Part shown: positions 9,709 through 19,453 of the stretch, piece by piece
How positions within the stretch are numbered: position 1 is the stretch's first letter
Layout of the letters: each line of letters begins with the position of its first letter
Assembly: GCA_963851445.1 (NCBI GenBank)
Contig: CAWKPH010000001.1
Location: 361,363 to 425,362 of the forward strand
DNA: 64,000 nt
DNA from: an uncultured bacterium
Lineage (GTDB): Bacteria > Patescibacteriota > Minisyncoccia > Phycocordibacterales > Phycocordibacteraceae
Direction of reading: 5' to 3'
Translations under genes and position numbers: made by a program
Notes under the pieces: model-generated
Database searches by the model: none
Told to the model about the DNA's origin: nothing
What the model saw: the letters and a program-made list of their open reading frames with translations, nothing else

Positions 9709-10273
9709 ATATGCAACAACAGGACTGGTGCTCTCACGCACTCCGCTTGGAGAGGCAAGTGCGTTCATAAGCCTTCTCACACCTGACCTAGGTCTTATAC
9801 ATGCGCGCGCTCAGAGTGTGCGTAAGCCGGGCGCGAAACTTGCTCCAGCACTCCAAACCTTTGCAGAGTCAGATGTTATTCTCGTTCGCGGCAAAGAGGG
9901 TTGGCGACTTTCAGGAGCGGTCCTCGCTACAGATTGGTTTGGAAAAATGGACGCCTCTGCGCGCACGCGTGCAGGCCGCATTACCGGCCTCCTTCAGCGT
10001 CTCGTTCATGGTGATACGAATGATGGACTTTTCTTTACTATCATCTCCGATTTTATTTCTGTACTCATCTCTAACAAGAAAGACGAATCGGAGGCTGATG
10101 CTGCAGAGATACTCGCCGCACTTCGCATACTACGAGCACTCGGTGTCGATGCTGGTGAACTTCCTGGTGGTCTTGAGGTTGGTTATGCTTCCGAAGTCCT
10201 CGCACCGATTATGGAAAAGCGGTCTGACTACATTGTTCGAATTAATCACGGCATCACGGCATCAGGGTTGTAG
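9698..10273 (+). CDS. recO: DNA repair protein RecO
   Basis: The N-terminal OB-fold pattern GLVLSRTPLGEASAFISLLTPDLGLIHARAQSVRK matches RecO. The start at 9698 overlaps the ileS stop by 11 nt. The ORF upstream of this Met is inside ileS. Confidence 0.7.
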   Translation: MRHKYATTGLVLSRTPLGEASAFISLLTPDLGLIHARAQSVRKPGAKLAPALQTFAESDVILVRGKEGWRLSGAVLATDWFGKMDASARTRAGRITGLLQRLVHGDTNDGLFFTIISDFISVLISNKKDESEADAAEILAALRILRALGVDAGELPGGLEVGYASEVLAPIMEKRSDYIVRINHGITASGL

Positions 10274-10314
10274 TTCGATCCTTAGTTCTACAGTAACTAA
10301 GCTACAATAATCAC

Positions 10315-10644
10315 ATGGAAAGAAAGGTGATAAAGTTCCGGGACTTTCTTGCCGATCTCGTACAAAAAGGAGAAAAGGATTCGACATGGAGACTCTTTGA
10401 TGATAAAGATCTCCAAAAAGGAGACCGGGTTGATTTGGTTAATTGGAATACAGGTGAGAAATTCGCTGAAGCTATTCTTACCGAAGTCCATGAAAGGTCT
10501 ATGGGAGATTTAAAGCCAATCGACTTTGAAGGGCACGAGAAATTTGAAAACGAGGAAGAAATGTACAAAGCATATCGAACCTATTACGGAGATATGGTTG
10601 GACCAGAGACTCTGGTCAAGATTATCCATTTTAGTCTGATCTGA
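10315..10644 (+). CDS. ASCH-domain protein (YqfB-like)
   Basis: 109 aa. The pattern of hydrophobic and Gly-Asp-Arg residues resembles the ASCH beta-barrel fold (GEKDSTWRLFDDKDLQKGDRVDL...). Family assignment is tentative. Confidence 0.45.
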   Translation: MERKVIKFRDFLADLVQKGEKDSTWRLFDDKDLQKGDRVDLVNWNTGEKFAEAILTEVHERSMGDLKPIDFEGHEKFENEEEMYKAYRTYYGDMVGPETLVKIIHFSLI

Positions 10645-10695
10645 TGTAGATTCCAGCATCGTCTTTACAGCCACAAATCACAAAGAATTGCTATA

Positions 10696-11094
10696 ATGCC
10701 AAGCATGAAAGAGTACGAAGATGCAATCAGGACCTACCTACAGGAGCGAAAGTGGGATGATCTTCGTCCGAGCGATCTTGCTAAGTCAGTAGCGATTGAG
10801 GCTGCAGAATTACTTGAGTTGTTTCAGTGGACAAATCAGACCCTTGTAGAAGTGAAGCAAGATCCTGAAAAATTAGAAGCGATCAAGAAAGAGCTGGCAG
10901 ACGTACTTATTTATTGCTTCGATATGAGTGTTCTTTTGGGTTTTGATACGGGAGATATTCTTCTCAAAAAACTTGAAAAAGCAAAGCAAAAATACCCCGC
11001 ACATTTATTTAAAGATCGTGACGAAAATCAAGACGCCGGTTCGGAGGATATTTATTGGAAAATAAAAAAGGATCATCGAATGAAAGGAGAATAG
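10696..11094 (+). CDS. MazG-like nucleotide pyrophosphohydrolase
   Basis: 132 aa. EAAELLE ... ELADVLIY helical pair characteristic of the MazG/dCTPase all-alpha NTP-PPase fold. Confidence 0.6.
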   Translation: MPSMKEYEDAIRTYLQERKWDDLRPSDLAKSVAIEAAELLELFQWTNQTLVEVKQDPEKLEAIKKELADVLIYCFDMSVLLGFDTGDILLKKLEKAKQKYPAHLFKDRDENQDAGSEDIYWKIKKDHRMKGE

Positions 11095-11108
11095 GCCTCT
11101 GAGAAAAT

Positions 11109-11525
11109 ATGCAAAGGGAAATAGATATTCACAAAACTGCAGGAATTCTAATTCAAGATCGAAAATTTCTCGTTACTAGACCGAAGGGTAAGAGCTATTT
11201 TATTTCTCCAGGAGGGAAAGTTGAACTGGGAGAAACTACGTACGAGGCTTTAAAAAGAGAGTTAAGGGAGGAAATTGAAATAGATATAGACACTTCTGAC
11301 TTGCAGGAGTTCGGTACATTTTACGCACCAGCCCAGGGACAAAAGAATAAGTATCTTCAGATGGATGTTTTTCTAGTTACAAAATGGAAAGGAGAAATAA
11401 AACCAGCGAATGAGATTGAAGAAACTATGTGGATCGATTCAAAATTACCCCCAGATATAGAGGTGGGGTCAATATTCCAACATGACGTATTACCCAGACT
11501 AAAAAGTCTTGACCTTATCGATTAA
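11109..11525 (+). CDS. Nudix hydrolase (MutT-like)
   Basis: Canonical Nudix box: GGKVELGETTYEALKRELREEIEI (Gx5Ex7REUxEExGU). Confidence 0.8.
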   Translation: MQREIDIHKTAGILIQDRKFLVTRPKGKSYFISPGGKVELGETTYEALKRELREEIEIDIDTSDLQEFGTFYAPAQGQKNKYLQMDVFLVTKWKGEIKPANEIEETMWIDSKLPPDIEVGSIFQHDVLPRLKSLDLID

Positions 11526-11575
11526 GATTCTTATACCGTCCCAAGAATCCCCAGCAACTCTTGTATACTTAGGGT

Positions 11576-11998
11576 ATGAATCTACAAGTTGGAGTCAAGG
11601 TACTTTTAAAAAACTCTGATGGCAAAATCCTTATTCTTAAACGCTCTGAAGAGAAATACGGTAAGACAAGCGGATCATGGGACATAGTAGGTGGAAGAAT
11701 CGATCCAGGAACATCTCTTCTTGAGAATTTAGAAAGAGAGGTATTAGAAGAAACCAAATTATCGTTCGTTTCAGAAGCAAAGCTCATAGCCGCACAGGAT
11801 ATTATTCCGAATCAGGAACGACACATTGTTCGGCTCACGTACGTAGCTCACACAAAAGGAAAGCCTGAATTAGATTTGATTGAACACAGCGAATATAAAT
11901 GGGTGACATTTCAGAATCTTATCAAAGAGACAGATTTGGATATCTACGTCGGAATGCTCCTCAAAAGAGGACTACTAAGAGAGGATTCTTGGGATTAA
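11576..11998 (+). CDS. Nudix hydrolase
   Basis: Nudix box: GGRIDPGTSLLENLEREVLEETKL. Confidence 0.8.
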   Translation: MNLQVGVKVLLKNSDGKILILKRSEEKYGKTSGSWDIVGGRIDPGTSLLENLEREVLEETKLSFVSEAKLIAAQDIIPNQERHIVRLTYVAHTKGKPELDLIEHSEYKWVTFQNLIKETDLDIYVGMLLKRGLLREDSWD

Positions 11999-12062
11999 AG
12001 CTCCTAATAGTCATGAGTTTGCAAACCAACCACCCAAAGCATATTCTCATCACAGGCGTACA

Positions 12063-12521
12063 ATGGAGAAAATGATGAGGAAAGGCGTAGACTACCCAGG
12101 CATCGCAATTGTCTTTGCGTGTCATGATGGCAATGGCAATTTCCTTCTTTCTAAAAGGAGCGTCGAGTCACGGGACGAAAAAGGCATGTGGGCACAAGGC
12201 GGTGGGGCCCTCGAACTTGGTGATACCGAAGAATATACCCTCAGAAAAGAGATCATGGAGGAATACTGCACTGAAGTAATTGAGATTGAATATCTAGGGC
12301 ATCGCGAGGTTCTTCGTGAACAAGAAGGGGTAAAAACTCACTGGATTGCTCACGACTTCAAAGTATTAATTGATCGGTCAATGGTTAAAAACGGTGAGCC
12401 CCATAAAGCAGACGAAATCGGATGGTTTTCGCTTGAGGAACTTCCGAGTCCAATGTATTCCCAGTGGTCAATCTTTTATGAGTTATACAAAGACAAGCTC
12501 AGCGCACCGTCTCTTCAATAG
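12063..12521 (+). CDS. Nudix hydrolase
   Basis: Nudix-box variant: GGGALELGDTEEYTLRKEIMEEY. This is the third tandem Nudix paralog. Confidence 0.7.
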   Translation: MEKMMRKGVDYPGIAIVFACHDGNGNFLLSKRSVESRDEKGMWAQGGGALELGDTEEYTLRKEIMEEYCTEVIEIEYLGHREVLREQEGVKTHWIAHDFKVLIDRSMVKNGEPHKADEIGWFSLEELPSPMYSQWSIFYELYKDKLSAPSLQ

Positions 12522-12603
12522 GGATGGTGTTTTTCATAAATAAGGTAACAACGTCACGACAAATGATCAGCAAACCACTAAAATGGTGCGATATACTTGA
12601 GTA

Positions 12604-14517
12604 ATGTCTCCTGAGGATTCTGCCGATGCTTTGGAAAAGATACGAGAGCGATTATATTCGCCAACAGCGAACACATCGTTTCATGAACCTTCTCTTTCGC
12701 CTCGGGTAGCACCTGACGAGAGCCAACACTGGCAACCCCCACCTCCCCAACCCCAACCGAAGTCGCATAAGAAGCGTCTTTCGTGGACAGTGTGGTTTCT
12801 CATTGGTGCCACATTGTTCTTTCTCATTGCTATCGGTCTCTCATCACTGTATCTACTACGTGGCACTAATACAGTCTCGAGCAATAACATCGATATTAGT
12901 GTTCAGGGACCTACCTCTATCGCAAGCGGCTCCACCGTTCCACTTGTTCTCAGTATCGTAAATCACAATTCCGCAGACATCATTAATGCGAACATAGAAA
13001 TGGATTTTCCTGATGGCACGCGCTCGTCAGACGATGTAACACAGCCTCTTGTTCGTTACACCTACGATCTTGGAACTCTGGTTGCAGGAGGAACCGCAAC
13101 CTCCACTACCCAAGCCGTACTATTTGGGAGCGTAAATCAATCTATTAGTATTCCAGTAACCCTCACATACCAAACACCTAATTCGAACGCTACATACACA
13201 AAGACTCAAAATTACAGCGTAACAATCACGAGCTCACCGATAACCATCACGGCGACCTCGGTATCAAGTGTCGCATCAGGACAGCCGTTCATGATTGCGG
13301 TTGCAGTGCGTTCGAATGCGACAACTCCGCTCACCAACGTCGCAGTCGCCGCCGTGTATCCAACATCAGGTTTCACCACAACGAATTCCGGAAATGCCAC
13401 TTCAACGCCGGGGCCGTTCTATGAGATCGGCACACTAGAGCCCGGTGAGGAAAAGGACTTTACGATCGGCGGCGTGCTTTCAGGTACTGATGCTAATCAA
13501 CAGAGCTTCCAATTCACGGTAGGTACTGCAAGTTCAGAGGGAACGACACAGATATCAGTTCCATATGCGAGTGCGACAACCAATGTCACAATAACCCAGC
13601 CATTTCTTGCGACGACACTGACCCTCAACAATGATGCCACTGATCAAACGATAGCTACTGCAGGACAGCCAGTCGCCGGTCTCGTGTCCTGGTCAAATAC
13701 ACTCTCGTCGCAAATACAAAGCGGGCAAGTGACGATTCAATTGAAGGGAGAGGCGCTTGATCCAAACAGTGTGCAGGTCACCAATGGTTATTTCGATTCG
13801 TCGAACGATACAATCATTTTCAACGGACAGAGTGATCCAAGCCTACAAACCCTTAATCCAGGTGATTCCGGCAGTGCCACCTTCTCATTTGCCTCGAAAA
13901 CTGGTGCTGCGCTTGCACAGATACAGAATCCAACCATACAGTTATCTGTTAGTGTTGCAGGAGAATCCGGCAGTAGCGGTTCCCAGAGTATTTCCGATAA
14001 CCTCACCCGTAACGTACTTGTTGCAACTGATCTTGGGTTGTCCTCAAGCATCGTCCATACGACGGGGCCATTCCCTAATTCAGGTCCATGGCCGCCGATT
14101 GCAAATCAAACAACAACTTATACCGTGGAGCTCTCGATTACGAATACTCTGAATGACGTCGCTGGCGGTGAAGTTACGACCATCCTACCCCAGTATGTGA
14201 ATTTCACCGGAAATATGACTCCTAACGATGGATCTCTTTCATACGATGCCGCCTCACGCACCGTCACCTGGAAAGTGGGTTCTATACCAGCAGGAACTGG
14301 CATCAGCGGCACTCCGCCGCTCACGGCAGCATTCCAGATTTCATTGACCCCAAGTCTCTCGCAAGTCGATTCAAGTCCTATTCTCGTAGGGAATCAGGAA
14401 CTTACAGGCCAAGATCGCTTCACTGGCGCACAGGTAGAGAGCACTGCCAACGCACTCACCACAGAGACCACGACCGACCCTGGGTATCAGCCCTCATTTG
14501 GCAAGGTTCGCAATTAA
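12604..14517 (+). CDS. membrane-anchored cell-surface protein with repeated beta-sandwich (CARDB/DUF11-like) domains
   Basis: 637 aa. Pro-rich cytoplasmic N-terminus, a single TM helix (WTVWFLIGATLFFLIAIGLSSLYLL), then Thr/Ser/Asn-rich repeats with a recurring G.TL.GE/VAGG pattern. Confidence 0.55.
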   Translation: MSPEDSADALEKIRERLYSPTANTSFHEPSLSPRVAPDESQHWQPPPPQPQPKSHKKRLSWTVWFLIGATLFFLIAIGLSSLYLLRGTNTVSSNNIDISVQGPTSIASGSTVPLVLSIVNHNSADIINANIEMDFPDGTRSSDDVTQPLVRYTYDLGTLVAGGTATSTTQAVLFGSVNQSISIPVTLTYQTPNSNATYTKTQNYSVTITSSPITITATSVSSVASGQPFMIAVAVRSNATTPLTNVAVAAVYPTSGFTTTNSGNATSTPGPFYEIGTLEPGEEKDFTIGGVLSGTDANQQSFQFTVGTASSEGTTQISVPYASATTNVTITQPFLATTLTLNNDATDQTIATAGQPVAGLVSWSNTLSSQIQSGQVTIQLKGEALDPNSVQVTNGYFDSSNDTIIFNGQSDPSLQTLNPGDSGSATFSFASKTGAALAQIQNPTIQLSVSVAGESGSSGSQSISDNLTRNVLVATDLGLSSSIVHTTGPFPNSGPWPPIANQTTTYTVELSITNTLNDVAGGEVTTILPQYVNFTGNMTPNDGSLSYDAASRTVTWKVGSIPAGTGISGTPPLTAAFQISLTPSLSQVDSSPILVGNQELTGQDRFTGAQVESTANALTTETTTDPGYQPSFGKVRN

Positions 14518-14538
14518 CGGTACAAAGAGAACAATACT

Positions 14539-15936
14539 ATGGAAAAAGAAAAGAACGCTCCTGTAAGTCTCGAAACAATTGTTGCTCTTTGTAAACGACG
14601 AGGTTTTGTATTTCAGGGATCGGAGATCTATGGCGGTCTTGCTGGTACCTTTGACTATGGTCCCTTGGGACTTGCACTCAAGAGGAATATCGAAGCACTC
14701 TGGTGGAAGCGCTTTGTCGACATGCGTGACGACATGTATGGCATCGACTCAGCCATCCTCATGAATCCGCGGGTATGGGAAGCGTCGGGGCATGCTGACA
14801 CGTTTAATGACCCACTCGTAACAGACAGCAAAACAGGTAAGCGCTATCGCCTCGATCATTTGCTCGAGGAAGCGGGGAGTGATCCTGCAGGTATGACCAT
14901 GGAAGAGATGGGAAGAGCACTCAAGGAAAAAGGGATCAAAAGTCCCGACGGGAATGAATTCAGTGATCCACGGCAATTCAATATGATGTTTAAGACATCG
15001 GCAGGTTCTGTTGAAAGCGGAGAATCAGATCTCTATTTGCGACCCGAGACCGCACAGGGTATGTTCGTGAATTTCAAGAATATTATTGATGCATACCATC
15101 CAAAGCTGCCATTTGGCATCGCGCAAATCGGGCACGCATTTCGCAACGAGATCGCACCACGAGAATTCCTTTTCCGTGTACGTGAGCTCGAGATCATGGA
15201 ATTTGAATACTTCCTGAACCCTTCAGAATGGGAGAAGTTGTTCGAAGACTGGCGCGTGGAAGCGCATGCATGGTTTAAATCGCTCGGTTTTGATGAGGGT
15301 GACATTAAGGAAGTCGAGGTTCCAGAGAGCGACCGCGCGCACTATTCAAAGCGCACCGTCGACTTCTATTTCAATTTTCCGAATGGTTTCAAAGAGATCG
15401 GTGGTATTGCGTACCGCACCGATTTCGACCTGGATAATCACATGAAGCGAAGCGGCGAAGATTTAAGTTATCTTGATCCAGAAACAAATGAACGATCGAC
15501 GCCACACGTGATAGAGCCTACCTTTGGCCTGGGGCGCCACGTACTTGCGGTGCTCACTAAATTCTATAGCGAAGACGAGCTCGGAGGAGAGAAACGTACC
15601 TTTTTGAAACTTCCGCCTAGTCTTGCACCTATCAAAGCGGCAGTATTTCCACTTCTTAAAAATAAACCAGAGCTCATCGCAAAAGCACAGGAGGTTAGAA
15701 ATGAACTTCGTAAGATACACCCCGCGATTGCGTGGGACGATAACGGCAATATCGGCAAGCGCTATCGGAGGCAAGATGAAATCGGTACACCTTGGTGCAT
15801 TACAATTGATTTCGACACGCTCGGCGAGACGCCGGAACTGAAGGATACGGTTACGCTACGAGATCGAGATACTGGTGCGCAAGAACGACTTACCGTGACC
15901 CAGATCGGTGAGTGGATGCGTAAAGCACTCACGTAA
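14539..15936 (+). CDS. glyQS: glycine--tRNA ligase (class II, dimeric type)
   Basis: 465 aa. FRNEIAPREFLFRVRELEIMEFEYF is class II motif 2 of the alpha2-type GlyRS. C-terminal anticodon-binding domain. Confidence 0.9.
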   Translation: MEKEKNAPVSLETIVALCKRRGFVFQGSEIYGGLAGTFDYGPLGLALKRNIEALWWKRFVDMRDDMYGIDSAILMNPRVWEASGHADTFNDPLVTDSKTGKRYRLDHLLEEAGSDPAGMTMEEMGRALKEKGIKSPDGNEFSDPRQFNMMFKTSAGSVESGESDLYLRPETAQGMFVNFKNIIDAYHPKLPFGIAQIGHAFRNEIAPREFLFRVRELEIMEFEYFLNPSEWEKLFEDWRVEAHAWFKSLGFDEGDIKEVEVPESDRAHYSKRTVDFYFNFPNGFKEIGGIAYRTDFDLDNHMKRSGEDLSYLDPETNERSTPHVIEPTFGLGRHVLAVLTKFYSEDELGGEKRTFLKLPPSLAPIKAAVFPLLKNKPELIAKAQEVRNELRKIHPAIAWDDNGNIGKRYRRQDEIGTPWCITIDFDTLGETPELKDTVTLRDRDTGAQERLTVTQIGEWMRKALT

Positions 15937-15977
15937 CAAAACTCCTTCATGATATGCAGATGTGCTAGCATACTCAT

Positions 15978-17075
15978 ATGAACCTTAATAAGCGAGTGCA
16001 TGTCTCCATAACACCAAGCACGGTCATAATCACCATTCTTATTGGTTTTGGCGCCTATCTGCTATGGCTTCTGCGTGGTCTTTCGCTCCTGGTCCTCACT
16101 GCAATTGTTATTGCTTCGGCTATCGAGCCGGGCGTCACGTTCTTCAAACGCTGGAAGCTACCGCGCGTAGTCGCCGTGTTCATCATGTATGTAATGGTGT
16201 TCGGATCATTTTTTGGCCTCATCTATTTCTTCTTACCACCAATTTTGAACGATACACAGAATTTTGTTTCATCTATTCCGCAGTATCTCAATACGCTCAA
16301 TCTCCCATTCTCATTTTCTGGCACCGCACTCGGAAGTTCCTCATCGGGTGCCTATCAGTCCCAGTCAGTATTTCAAACGCTTCTTGCATTCCGGTCAGCA
16401 TTCTCTTCTGATACATCTGAAGGTACATTCCAACTAGTCTCCTCGTTCTTCGGCGGCATACTATCCTTCATCATCGTTGTAGTTCTTTCGTTCTATTTTG
16501 CAGTTCAGGAGACTGGGGTAGAGGATTTTTTAAAGTTAGTGACGCCATCTGAGCATGAAGGATATGTTGTAGGCCTGTGGCAACGTGCGCGCACGAAGAT
16601 TGGCCAATGGATGCAAGGCCAGATCATCCTTTCAGTGCTCATGGCGGTGGTCATCTATCTCTGTTTGGTGATTCTTCAAGTTCCTGATGCCCTCCTCATC
16701 GCCGCGTTTACAGCCGTCGCTGAGGTTATTCCAATATTCGGCTCATTCATTGCGTGGTTTCCTGCGGTTATAATTGCCTATACGGCGGGGGCCGTGCCAA
16801 TGGCACTCTATGTAACAGGAGTCTTTGTCGTCGTGAATCAGCTAGAGGGTAATCTCATCCACCCGCTTGTGGTGAGGAAAGTAGTAGGGGTACCGCCACT
16901 CCTCGTGCTTCTGGCTATCGTTGCCGGCGGTACGCTTGCTGGTTTCCTTGGCGTCGTGCTCGCGGTGCCGCTGGCGGCCGTCATACGCGAAGCGCTCTCA
17001 GATTTCGCACGCCGCAAACAACGACTTTCAGAGACGAACAAACCTGAACCAAGATCCAAAGCCCTACACACATAA
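15978..17075 (+). CDS. AI-2E family transporter (PerM/UPF0118)
   Basis: 365 aa with multiple TM helices. The conserved C-terminal NQLEGNLIHPLVV...VPPLLVL segment is typical of the AI-2E family. Confidence 0.75.
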   Translation: MNLNKRVHVSITPSTVIITILIGFGAYLLWLLRGLSLLVLTAIVIASAIEPGVTFFKRWKLPRVVAVFIMYVMVFGSFFGLIYFFLPPILNDTQNFVSSIPQYLNTLNLPFSFSGTALGSSSSGAYQSQSVFQTLLAFRSAFSSDTSEGTFQLVSSFFGGILSFIIVVVLSFYFAVQETGVEDFLKLVTPSEHEGYVVGLWQRARTKIGQWMQGQIILSVLMAVVIYLCLVILQVPDALLIAAFTAVAEVIPIFGSFIAWFPAVIIAYTAGAVPMALYVTGVFVVVNQLEGNLIHPLVVRKVVGVPPLLVLLAIVAGGTLAGFLGVVLAVPLAAVIREALSDFARRKQRLSETNKPEPRSKALHT

Positions 17076-17106
17076 GGCTTTTAGGTAATTCTCTGGTATT
17101 GTTTCT

Positions 17107-18555
17107 TTGATGAATCGCTACATAACGACAACGTTGCCGTATGTGAACGGCGATCCGCATATTGGCTTTGCGCTTGAGATTGTTCAGGCGGATCTACTCG
17201 CGCGCCTCTGGAGGGCACAGGGCGATGATGTTTTCTTCTCAACAGGTACCGATGAATTCGGTCAGAAAATATTTGAGGCAGCAGGAAAAAACGGCGAGGC
17301 AGTCGAATCCTATGTTGATCGCTATGCAGCTGAATTTCAAAAATTGAAGGATGCGCTCATGCTTAGCAATAATCGCTTCATTCGTACCACCGACCCCAGG
17401 CATATCGAAGCGGCTCAGGAAATATGGAAACGTTGTCTAGCCGCAGGAGATATCTACGAAAAGACCTACACGGGAGTGTACTGCGTAGGATGTGAAGCAT
17501 TCAAGACCGAGCGTGAGCTCAGTGCTGATGGACATTGTGAGCTCCATCCCTCGCTTGAGCTGCAAGAACTTTCCGAGCGGAATTATTTTTTCAAGTTTTC
17601 AAATTACCAAGAAAGGTTACTCGAATACCTGAATCATCAGGACGTCATCGTTCCTGAGTGGCGCCGGCAGGAGGCGGAGAATTTTGTAAAAGAAGGTCTC
17701 GAGGACTTCAGCATTTCAAGAGAAAAGAATCGCTTACCATGGGGAGTTCCTGTTCCAGGTGATGATACGCAGGTCATGTACGTGTGGTTCGATGCCCTTA
17801 CCAGCTATATCTCGACACTCGGATGGCCGCTAGACAACGACGGAAATTTCGAAAAATTCTGGAATGACGCTTTGACCTATCAAGTTGCGGGGAAGGATCA
17901 GGTGCGATTCCAGTCGCTTATGTGGCAGGCAATGCTCATGTCTGCGAAGCTAAAAGGCACCGACCATATCTTCTATCATGGTTTCATTAATTCCGGTGGA
18001 AAGAAAATGAGCAAGAGTCTCGGAAATGTTATTAGTCCATACGATTTGATCAAGAAATACGGCACGGATGCGACGAGATATATACTGCTTCGACACATTC
18101 ATCCGGTCGACGATTCTGATGTAACGTGGGAACGACTCGACGAGTGGTACATGGCACACCTCGTCAATGGGCTTGGGAATCTCGTGGCACGTATTATGAA
18201 GCTTGCGCAGGACACACTCACCGAGTTTGTACCACTCAGTGGAGAAGGCACCGAATTAGAAACTGGTTTCACTGATAGAATCCAGCAATTCAATTTCAAT
18301 GAGGCAGTCGACTTCGTCTTCGAAATGATTCAGCAGTGCGATGCGGTAATGACTGAACGTGAACCCTTTAAGAAAGTGAAAAGCGATGCTGAGGATATTC
18401 GCGAAGAAGGGAAGGAGGATATACGACTACTCGTCAGACATCTTGGGAAAATTGCGAGTCACCTTACTCTTCTTATGCCACATACCTCCGAAGTGATATT
18501 TGCTGCAATACGCGAAAACACGAAGCCTGAGAATCTCTTTCCCCGTCTTGCGTAA
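17107..18555 (+). CDS. metG: methionine--tRNA ligase (short form)
   Basis: 482 aa. HIGH-type PYVNGDPHIGFALE, a zinc knuckle region, and KMSKSLGN. Confidence 0.9.
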   Translation: MMNRYITTTLPYVNGDPHIGFALEIVQADLLARLWRAQGDDVFFSTGTDEFGQKIFEAAGKNGEAVESYVDRYAAEFQKLKDALMLSNNRFIRTTDPRHIEAAQEIWKRCLAAGDIYEKTYTGVYCVGCEAFKTERELSADGHCELHPSLELQELSERNYFFKFSNYQERLLEYLNHQDVIVPEWRRQEAENFVKEGLEDFSISREKNRLPWGVPVPGDDTQVMYVWFDALTSYISTLGWPLDNDGNFEKFWNDALTYQVAGKDQVRFQSLMWQAMLMSAKLKGTDHIFYHGFINSGGKKMSKSLGNVISPYDLIKKYGTDATRYILLRHIHPVDDSDVTWERLDEWYMAHLVNGLGNLVARIMKLAQDTLTEFVPLSGEGTELETGFTDRIQQFNFNEAVDFVFEMIQQCDAVMTEREPFKKVKSDAEDIREEGKEDIRLLVRHLGKIASHLTLLMPHTSEVIFAAIRENTKPENLFPRLA

Positions 18556-18576
18556 CATGAGGTAATCTGTCATCGC

Positions 18577-19401
18577 ATGAAATATTTTGATGCGCATTGC
18601 CATATACAATTTCCCGAGTATGATGGGGACCGCATTGCCGTACTAGAGCGCATGAAGGATGCGCAGGTTGGTGGACTTGTTGTTGGAGTCGATGAAGAGT
18701 CTTCTCAGGCGGCGGTTACCCTGGTGGAATCACATAAAAATACTACGCCCATGAATCTTTTTGCTTCGGTCGGACTCCACCCAAACGATATAAGTCAGAG
18801 CAATTCACCCTTCGATGTTTCAGTATATGAAAAACTTGCTTCTCGTCCCGAGGTTCGTGCTATAGGTGAATGCGGTCTCGACTACTACCGTCCCGAGGAT
18901 CTTAGTGACGCTCTAAAGAAAAGGCAAAGAGATATTTTCGAACAACAAATCGAGCTTGCGGTAGGATGCGATAAGCCATTAATGATCCATTCGCGTCCCT
19001 CGAAAGGTTCCCAAGACGCATATCTTGATACGATCAATATAATTCGAGCGAAGAAACAAGAGTACGGCGAAAAACTCCGTGCAAATATGCATTTCTTCGT
19101 TGGGGGTATAGAGGAAGCACGCGCATTCGTTGAACTTGATTTCACTCTTTCCTATACCGCTGTGATCACTTTTGCAAACGAGTATGACCAAGTCATTCGC
19201 TATATACCGCTTAGCAATCTTCTTTCAGAAACCGATTCACCGTTCATCGCGCCCGCACAAAATCGTGGGAGGCGAAATGAGCCAGTTGCGGTGAAAGAGG
19301 TCATTAAAGCGATCGCTCGAATCAGAGGCGAAAACGAAGAAATGGTGCGAGAGGAAATCCTTCATAACGCTGCGCGAGTCTTCAATTTTTCTCTATTGTA
19401 G
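18577..19401 (+). CDS. tatD: TatD family metal-dependent hydrolase
   Basis: 274 aa. The N-terminal MKYFDAHCHIQF and GECGLDY motifs are typical of TatD DNases. Confidence 0.85.
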   Translation: MKYFDAHCHIQFPEYDGDRIAVLERMKDAQVGGLVVGVDEESSQAAVTLVESHKNTTPMNLFASVGLHPNDISQSNSPFDVSVYEKLASRPEVRAIGECGLDYYRPEDLSDALKKRQRDIFEQQIELAVGCDKPLMIHSRPSKGSQDAYLDTINIIRAKKQEYGEKLRANMHFFVGGIEEARAFVELDFTLSYTAVITFANEYDQVIRYIPLSNLLSETDSPFIAPAQNRGRRNEPVAVKEVIKAIARIRGENEEMVREEILHNAARVFNFSLL

Positions 19402-19453
19402 CCTCAAAGATTTTCTTGCAGCCCTCAAAATACCATGCTACTATGCGCCCATT

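Noticed and set aside
13757-14152. 131-aa same-strand alternative-frame ORF inside the surface protein gene
   Set aside because: Out-of-frame overlap with a long, repeat-supported ORF. Composition is biased by the Thr/Ser codons of the real frame.
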